From the human T2T-CHM13v2.0 reference genome, Homo sapiens, in the NCBI RefSeq assembly GCF_009914755.1, contig NC_060926.1: DNA of 64,000 nucleotides. One strand, given 5' to 3'. The notes under the pieces are model-generated. The model had not been told where the DNA came from. It worked only from the letters and a program-made list of their open reading frames with translations, and did not search any database. The position numbers were made by a program, and so were the translations under genes. Position 1 is the stretch's first letter, and each line of letters starts with the position of its first letter. Of this stretch, positions 54,447 through 64,000 are shown piece after piece.

Positions 54447-56021
54447 TCAAAGTCATCCTAAAGGTTAAAGCAACTCATATACAGAAATAAAATTGGGGGT
54501 GAAGTTGGTGCCCCTTGGTAGTCGGGCACTGGTTATTCGTGTGGCCATTTTGGAAGGGAAGGTGGTATAACATCCAAATGGCTGTTTCCATTTTGCTGCT
54601 GTTCTGGGAATGGCTTTTCAAATGCATCCCCAAATCCAATCATCTACAAAAATGCAAGGAAATCCAAAAAGCTTGAACTATTTTGCAAAGCATGAAAATG
54701 ACTGCTTTATTTTTGCCCTAGAGGAAAATGCAGCATGATGGCAGGGATTAGGCAGAGGGCTGTCAGGAAGGGCACGGCGTTCTGCTCTGAGCTTTCATGA
54801 CCTGCTGGAAGGTTCCAGAGACGAAGGGACTGTCCAAGTTCATGTCTTGCTTCCTCCCTTTTCCCACCTGTAGTTGAGTGCTGTAGCGATTACAGGTGCT
54901 GGGATGTTGTTATAAACTGTAACCTTCCTTTGAGCCCTTTCCTAGAGAACTGAAGATCCCTCACTGACACACTTTCGTATATTCCGGACTTTAAAATTCA
55001 ATCCCGGTGCTGTGACTTATAGGAACTGCATTTCACATTTATACTTGATGTTTATATCCATGCTGAAATTTGCCAGAAAGTCATTACATACTCAAAGATA
55101 ACAAGAAAAATTGACTGATGCTTTCCGATAGTAATTAATTAACCATAAAAATTCAAATAGCATACATCCACCCAGAAAGTGTTTGAGCAGAAAAGAAAAT
55201 TTCAGTACTCACATAATATTCAACATCTTCAAAGTCCTTTATTAACAAAATTGAAACACACCATACTGTGTTCTTTTGAGGTCAAGCTCTAAATACCAAA
55301 AATGCCGGTCACTCTTGTATGTTGAGTCAGCAAACTGCTTCCAACTGTGACCAGTGCTTCTATAGGACCGAGCATCAATGAAGGCCAGGGGCCAGGGAGC
55401 TTGTGGGGGTTTACGGTCTCAAGTGCAAAGCAGCCTGGACATGGTAAAGGACTTGTTTCACCCATCCCTTAAATCTTTGATACGTGCTTTGCCCAAAGAG
55501 GACTTTCATAAATCCTGGGTATGGGGGTGGGGATGGAGGTAATACTCATTGGAGCTTTGTTTCTATAAAAACCACCAGACAAGAAACTGTCTTGCAGGGG
55601 ATCTAAAAATAAAAGCACCTCTTGGAACGGCAGGGTTAGGGGAACCAGAGTGTGAACATAACTTTCCCTAGTGGGGTTTTCATTTCTTCCACCAATGTCA
55701 CGGTCCACACTGATTGTCTGACAAAATTCTTCAGCAGCAGACAACATCTGCACATTTATGCCTTGCCTGAGCTGCAGCGATTTCTTTTCCAGCCTGTTAT
55801 TTGTGTCTAGAATTGAGTGAGGAATCCTGGATCTTAAGACAGAGTAGGGCAAGGCACAGTTAGAGCTCAGGGGCTGTAATATTTCTTTCCTTCCTTATGA
55901 ACAAAAATCTGTCTTTCCTGTTGGCTGAATCGAGATGGTTACTGTCATTGGAATCATAAAAAAAGGACGATTGAATTCTGACTGAACATGAACATCTGGG
56001 ATCCATGTTAATAGTCTGTAG

Positions 56022-57302
56022 AACCTGACAGAAACAAGCAATGGGGAAAGGATTCCCTATTTAATAAACGGTGCTGGGAGAACTGGCTAGCCATATGCAG
56101 AAGACTGAAACTGGACCCCTTCCTTACACCATATACAAAAATCGACTCAAGATAGATTATAGACTTAAATTTACAAACTAAAACTATAAAACCCTTGGAA
56201 GACAACCTAGGCAATACCATTCAGGACATATGAATGGGCAAAGATTTCACGACAAAGACGTCAAAAGCAATTGCAACAAAAGCAAAAATTGACAAGTGAC
56301 ATCTAATTAAGCTAAAGAGCTTCTGCACAGCAAAAGAAACTATCAACAGAGTAAACAGACAACCTAAAGAATAGGAGAAAATTTTTGCAAACTATGCATT
56401 TGACAAAGCTCTAATATCCAGTGTTTATAAGGAACTTAAACAAATTTACAAGAAAAAACAATCCCATTAAAAAGTGGGAAAAGGACATAAACAAACACTT
56501 CAAAAGAAGACATACATGTGGCCAAAAAGCATATAGAAAAAAGCTCAATATCACTGCTCATCAGAGAAATGCAAATCAAAACCACACTGAGATACCATCT
56601 CACACCAGTCAGACTGGCTATTACGTAAAAATCCAAAAATAATAGGTGTTGGCGAGGTTGTGGAGAAAAAGGAACCCTTATACACTGGTAGAAGTGTAAA
56701 TTAGTTCAACCATTGTGGAAGACAGTGTGGCGATTCCTCAAAGACCTAAAGATAGAAATATCACTCAACCCAGCAATCCCATTACTGGGTATATACCCAA
56801 AGGAATATAGATCACTCTATCATAAAGACACATGCACGCGTATGTTCACTGCAACACTATTCACAACAGCAAAAACACAGAATTAACTCAAATGCCCATC
56901 GATGACAGACTGGATAAAGAAAATGTGGTACACATATACCATGAAATACAATGCAACCATTTAAAAAAAAAAGATTATGTCCTTTGCAGGGACATGAATG
57001 GAGCTGGAGGCCATTATCTTTACCAAACTAATGCAGGAAGAGAAAACCAAATGCCACGTGTTCTCACTTATAAGTGGGAGCTAAATGATGAGAACACATG
57101 GACACTGAGAAGGGAACCACACACACTGGGGCCTATTGGAGGGTGGAGGATGGGAGGAGGCAGAGGGTCAGGAAAAATAACTAATGGGTACAGGCTTAAT
57201 ATCTGAGTGATGAAATAATCTGTACAACAAACCCCCATGACACACGTTTACCTATGGAACAAACCTGCACATCCTGCACAGGTGCCCCTTAACTTAAAAA
57301 AA
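56022..57302 (+). mobile_element. 5'-truncated L1PA (older subfamily, ~L1PA13-16): ORF2 3' end plus 3' UTR
   Basis: aagcaatggggaaaggattccctatttaataaa...ttctcacttataagtgggagctaaatgatgagaacacatggacac...; frame broken by stops. Confidence 0.92.
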
Positions 57303-58387
57303 TCGTTTTTTGGTAGATCCCAAAACACTCAAAACACTGGGGGGAAACACTCAAAAATAAAAAAGCAAAACAACACATGGCTCAAAAGCTTCCTTGTTAG
57401 AAGGATGGGGTTGGGGGACATAGATGTGGAGGAAAGATATGTGTTTCTCTGTCACCCTCTGGAGTGACATCTGCCAAAGATTAGCAAATGAAGATGAATA
57501 AAGAACATTCTGATTGGTGATCAAAGCCATTGGACATCATAGAAAACCAATCAGTATATTCTATCTGCTTTCACTCAACAAAAAACATGCGATGCTGGTT
57601 CTGTGTGCTCTGGGCTTTGCGTGTACAGCAGAGGCAGCAAGGTGTGTGGGATTCCTTGTGGCTTGCACCACAAAGTGACTGTCTTTTGAAAACTGGCACT
57701 TTAATTTCTGGGAAAGCGCCCATTCAACAGTTACCATGCTGCCTGCCTTTAATGGCTGCGGTCCTGAAGTGATGAGGCACACTAGCCCAAGGAGGCAGCA
57801 TCTCCGATCTGAATTACATTGGCAGAAAAACCTTATACGTTAATGTTTTCCTTTCTTAAATTACGAAATTCACTTAAAATGACAGTTTTACTGGCCTAAC
57901 TATTATTTGTTTTTAAAACAGCTGAGAGAGCCAAGAGTTTAGGTTTTTCTTCATACTTTACTTGTAAGGGTTGTGAAATTTATGATGTCTGGATTAAATA
58001 TATTCATGTTTCAATGGTCCCGGTAGAGCATGCATAATATCCAGAAACAATCATAGCAAAGATGGGGGCAGACTTTCCTGGAAGGGCGCTGGTAGCTCCA
58101 GTTGTGGGATCAAGATCACTCTCCCCACTTCCACAAAGGCAACTCCTCTAACCCATCCTTGCATGGGGCCTTGGGGTCAGCTGACCATTCTGGCCTCAGT
58201 GTAGTGACTGCTCCCACCACGGGTGCTTGCAGCTGCTTTACCCATCGTGGGGCAGCTGCAGCAGTGAGGGTGGCAGAGCCAAGATGAAGAAGCCAGGAAT
58301 GGCATTCCCTGCAGACGAGTGCTAGTGAAAGGATGGACTCGGCTAAGCCACAAACACACACATATACATACGTCTATAGAATTTGTT

Positions 58388-58935
58388 GTTGCCCAGGCTG
58401 GAGTGCAGTAGTGGTCATAGCTCACTGCAGCCTCGAACTCCTGGGCTCAAGCAATCATCCCTCCTCAGCCTCCCAAGTAGCTGGAACTACAGGCATGTAC
58501 CACCATACCCGGCTAATTTTTGTATTTTTTTTTTTATAAAGACAGGATCTTTCTATGTTGTCTAGGCTAGTCTTGAACTCCTGGCTTCAAGCAATCCTTC
58601 CACCTCAGCCTCCCAAAGTGCTGGGATTACAGGTATGAGCCACTGCACCCAGCCTAGGCTTTATATATTTAAAATTGCAAACTGAAAATTTTGGTGTGCC
58701 AATTGGTTGTCATGTTTACATACCAAAGATGCTTTAAAAAAATTAACTTAAGCCTGGGCAGCATAGTGAAACCCTGTCTCTACCAAAAAAACAAATTAGC
58801 TGGGTGTGCTGGCATGTGCCTGTGGTCCCAGCTACTCAGGAGGATTACTTGAGCCTGGGAGGTCAAGGCTGCAGTAAACCATGATTGTGCCACTGCACCC
58901 CAGTCTGGGTGACAGCAAGGCCCTGTAAAAAAAAT
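58388..58935. mobile_element. Alu (-) ~58388-58655 and partial Alu (+) ~58752-58935
   Basis: AluJ-like consensus. Confidence 0.88.
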
Positions 58936-59301
58936 ATATATATTATAGTGGATTTTTTCCTGAAATGATAACACGGATTGGTTGACATGATGACATAGGC
59001 TTGGACAATTTTTAGCATGCTACCTACCAAGTTCTTGGACCCAGTGCCATCTCATGAACACGGTGCCATTTGACAGCAGCCAGAAAACATTATTGAGATC
59101 ATGGAATAAAAGTCTTTGTGTCACCAAAGCTCAGCACAGTGCCTGGCACATAATAAGCGTTCATGTGTGATTACTAAATGAAAAAGTAAAGAGAAAAAAT
59201 CCAACACTGGGTTAATGAGTTTTTTTTTTAAAAAAGAGATTGAATCTTTCGAGAAGGTTATAATGTCACTTTTCCAATTAAAAAATATTTAAAAGTACTT
59301 C

Positions 59302-60455
<1,154 letters not shown>

Positions 60456-61884
60456 TCAACACTCTTTGAGAACACATGCTTGATATCCAAACCATAATCA
60501 GTGTCCTGGCAACAGTATTCCTTTATTAATAGCATCACTATTGATATTAATTCATCTAAAACCATACCACATGGTAAGTGAAAATGGTAAATGCGGGATT
60601 GAAGAGGTTTGCTATTGCTAAGAATTGTCGTCTAAAAAAAAACCCAACTGGCAGGACTGTTGCTTCTATCCTGAAATGTAATTGTTTGTTCTGCAACACT
60701 TCCAAGAATGATTTCTCTATACAACTTGGCTTTTGAAGCTCTTCAGGGTCTGGTCTCAATCAGATTTCCAGCTTCACCTCAATGGGTCTATCCCTAAACC
60801 TTGGCAATAATACATTTCTCAGCGTCTGGACAGGCTGGGTCTGTTTCCAGCAGGGTGCCCTTGCATATGATATTTTCTGTGCCAGAAAGTCCTTTCTCCC
60901 TTTTTCCTTTGAGTTACTGTTACCTCCTACTCCCTCTGCAGGACTGAGTGGCTATGTTTCCCTACTCTGTAAAGGTTTTCCCAGCTCCCCTAGGCATCAA
61001 TGATGTTTCCTCCTCTGAGTCCCTCTAGCACACTGCCCACTTCTCTATTGCAGCCCTTACCACGTTAAGGATTGGAATCATCTAATTTATCCATGCAATG
61101 TATTTTTTTCTGTTCCCTTGGGAATATGCAGGAGTTCTTAAAACTGGTAACTTTAGAATGCTATCATTTACATACGTATCAGGTTGAAAATTGAGAACCC
61201 ACGGGGGCCACGCAAGTAGCATCCATGAGTGAAGTGTTCAGGTATAAGCAAAACAAATGTGTAACATTATAAATGGCAGTAGACCCTCAGCTCCCCAGCC
61301 GAGGGGAAGGAACCAAACTGGAGAATCCCACTAGGTCGAATGCTGCTTCTCCAGGCTAGCCTATCTCTGTACCTGGAAACAAGAGCTCATTATTACCAAA
61401 TCTTTTGATTTTTTTTCACATGAAGCCCCAAATCCTTATGTTTATATCAAATCTCCTGATTTTAAAATGCTGGTAACTAATTTGAAAAGTTTTAACAATG
61501 AAAAGTTTCATTGTATTTTAGCAATGAAACACATTTGGTAAAGAAAACACACGTGGGTAAGAAGAGGCCTGTGGGGCACCATTCTGAGACCTCTGATCTA
61601 TGTCCCATTATTACATGTTTTGAGATGGCTCAATATAAAATAGAAAAATATAGAGACCACAACCAGAAGAAGTTTTACCCACTCAGGAATTTAGACTAGC
61701 AGGGCCAGGGACAAACAAGGGGTGAACCAAACACTCTCACTTCCTCAGCCCACCTTTTTTTTTCTTAAAGTGAAAGCAAGTTTATTAAGAAAGTAAAGGA
61801 ATAAAAGAATGGCTACTCCATAGACAGAGCAGTTACCAAACACCATTTTGTATTTTTTTCTTTATTTTTTTAACCTTAGGATTT

Positions 61885-62305
61885 GTTTTTTTAATTTTTT
61901 ATTTCCATAGGTTTTTGGGGGGGAGGGGAATAGGTGGCATTTGGTTACATGAGTAAGCTCTTTAGCATTGATTTATGAGATTTTGGTGCACCCATCACCC
62001 TAGCAGTATGTACTGAGCCCAATTTGTAGTCTTTGATCCCTCACTCCCCTCCCACCTTTCCCCCAAATCCCCAAAGTCCATTGTATCATTCTTATGCCTT
62101 TGCATCCTCACAGCTTAGCTCCCACTTAGGAGTGAGAACACACGACGCTTGATTTTCCATTCCTGAGTCACTTCACTTAGAATAATAGTCTCCAGACCCA
62201 TCCAGGTTGCTGCAAATGCCATTAATTCATTCGTTTTCATGACTGAATAGTATTCCATGGTATATATATACACCACATTTTCTTTATCCACTTGTTGATT
62301 GATGG
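61885..62305 (-). mobile_element. L1PB-type 3' end
   Basis: tttttatttccataggtttttgggg...ttggttacatgagtaag...gattttggtgcacccatcacc is the L1PB 3' UTR signature. Confidence 0.85.
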
Positions 62306-62319
62306 ATCAGTCCACTTAT

Positions 62320-63360
62320 TTAAAAAATTCTATTTTGAAATAAATACAGATTCACTGGAAGTTGCAAGAAAAATAGTACAGAGATCGTTCTTGTGCCCCT
62401 CACCCAGTTACTCCCAAGGTTAAATCTTATGTAACTACAGTACAATACCAAAACCAGAAAACTGACAATGGCACAATATACAGTTCCTTGTAATTTTATC
62501 ACATGTATAGATTGTCAGGCCTCTGAGCCCAAGCCTGCATGTATACATCTAGATGGCCTGAGGCAATAAAAAACTGCAAAAGAAGTGAAACAGCCAGCTC
62601 CTGTCTTAACTGATTGACCAACCTTACAACATTCCATGATGACTTGTTCCTGCCCTGCCCCAACTGACCGATCGACCTCGTGACATTCTTCTTCTGGACA
62701 ACGAGTTCCATCATCTCCCCACCATGCACCTTGTGACCCCTCCTCTGCTGAGAATAGATAACCACCTTTAACTGTAACTTTCCACTGCTTACCAGCCTTG
62801 TTGCTCACACAAAGCCTGTTGGTGGTCTCTTCACACGGACGCGCTTGACATAGATTCATGTAACCACCACCACGATTAAAATGTAGAACTGTCCCATCAC
62901 CATAAAGATCTCCCTCATGACACCCTTTTAGGAGCATTCACGCCGACCTCTGCCCTCTACCATTCCTAATCTCTGGTGACCACTCATCTGTTTTCCGTCT
63001 CTAAAATGCTGTCATTTTGAGAATGTTATAGAAACAGAATCACATAGTTATGTGTTCTTTTTTAAACTAAATTATTGAGATACAATTTATTCATAGTAAG
63101 TGTCCTTTTGAGATGGGCCTTTTTTCAGTCGACACAATGTCATGAGAGCCATCCATGATTTTTAATATATCCATAGCTTGTTTCTTTTTATTGCCGGGTA
63201 GGATTCCATGGTACAGACCTTTAAAGGTTCCTCTGTTTTTTAACCATTCACCCAATGAGGGACATTCTGGCTGCTTCCAGTTTTGGACTGTTAAGAATAA
63301 GGCTGATATGAATATTTCTGTATAGGTTTTTATGTGGATGTAAACGTCCATTTCTCTGGG
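62320..63360 (-). mobile_element. L1MC-type 3' fragment hosting the LTR7
   Basis: tacagattcactggaagttgcaag...aatagtacagag and tagattcatgtaaccaccacc continue on either side of the LTR. Confidence 0.75.
62513..62850 (+). mobile_element. Solo HERV-H LTR (LTR7 family), internally deleted
   Basis: Starts TGTCAGGCCTCTGAGCCCAAG and ends GGTGGTCTCTTCACACGGACGCGCTTGACA; TGTCA..TGACA inverted ends; 5-bp TSD TAGAT (62508-62512 and 62851-62855). Confidence 0.92.
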
Positions 63361-63369
63361 ACACTGCTT

Positions 63370-64000
63370 CCGGGACTTTCAAATTTGTCTTTTGTCTTCA
63401 GAATTGGACTCTGATGAGTCTGGGTGGGGATTTCTTTGAGTTCACCTTGTTTGGGATTTGTTAGCTTCTTGAGTCTGTAGGTTTATGTCTTTTGTAAAAT
63501 TTGGCATTTTTAAAGCCATTATGAGTATGAATACTTTCTGGATAATTTCCAGCCTCACTCTTTCTCTTGTCCTTCTGGAACTCTGATGACACCCACGTAA
63601 GATCTTTTCTTACAGTCCTGCAGGTCCCTGGGGCTCTGTCCTTCTCTACCCCCCAGTCTGTTTATTCTCTGTTGTTCCTATCAGGCAATTTCTCTTGTTC
63701 CATCTTCAAGTTCAGTAATTCTTCCCTCTGTTCTCTTCATTCTGCGGTTGAGCTCATCCATTGAGTTTTTCAAATTTTGGTTATGGAATTTTTCAGTTAT
63801 AAAATTTCTATTTGCCTTTTCCTTGTATTTTCTGTATTATTGTGGTGAGACCCCCCCTACTTTTTCAGTTGTCTCAAGCTTGTTTTTAATTGCTTACTGA
63901 AGCATTTTATGATGGCTGCTTTAAAATGCTTGTCAGATAATTACAACATCTGTGTTGGTCTCAGTATTAGCATCTGTGGATTGTCTTTTCTCATTCAAGT
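63370..64000 (-). mobile_element. Ancient L1M-type fragment
   Basis: Shares tctgtaggtttatgtcttttg and gatggctgctttaaaa..ttgtcagataatt with 14800-15290. Confidence 0.7.

Noticed and set aside
56008-57467. ORFs resembling L1 ORF2 C-terminus
   Set aside because: Fragments of a truncated, mutated L1PA; not a functional gene.

Overview
Human (primate) genomic DNA, dense in Alu repeats. It holds the 3' part of AFF3 (LAF4; AF4/FMR2 family, super elongation complex scaffold) on the minus strand. I traced 12 coding exons by hand (54288 down to the TAG stop at 4136-4138). All have GT-AG boundaries and consistent phases, total 2497 nt (1 nt plus 831 codons plus stop), and are followed by more than 4 kb of 3' UTR running to the window's left edge. 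The exons encode the Ser-rich region, the AF9/ENL-binding motif, a basic NLS-like motif and the C-terminal homology domain. The introns carry about 40 Alu copies or fragments, L1, MIR, L2 and hAT-type relics, and a solo HERV-H LTR7-family LTR with an intact TSD. Nearly all other ORFs in the supplied track are Alu, L1 or chance ORFs. I found no convincing new biological system. The best second-look items are an LTR7 lacking its TATA/polyA segment, a CTCF-like motif cluster, a triple miR-30/forkhead motif cluster in the 3' UTR, candidate conserved intronic enhancers, several local duplications and tight inverted Alu pairs. Repeat boundaries and subfamilies were judged by eye and are approximate.
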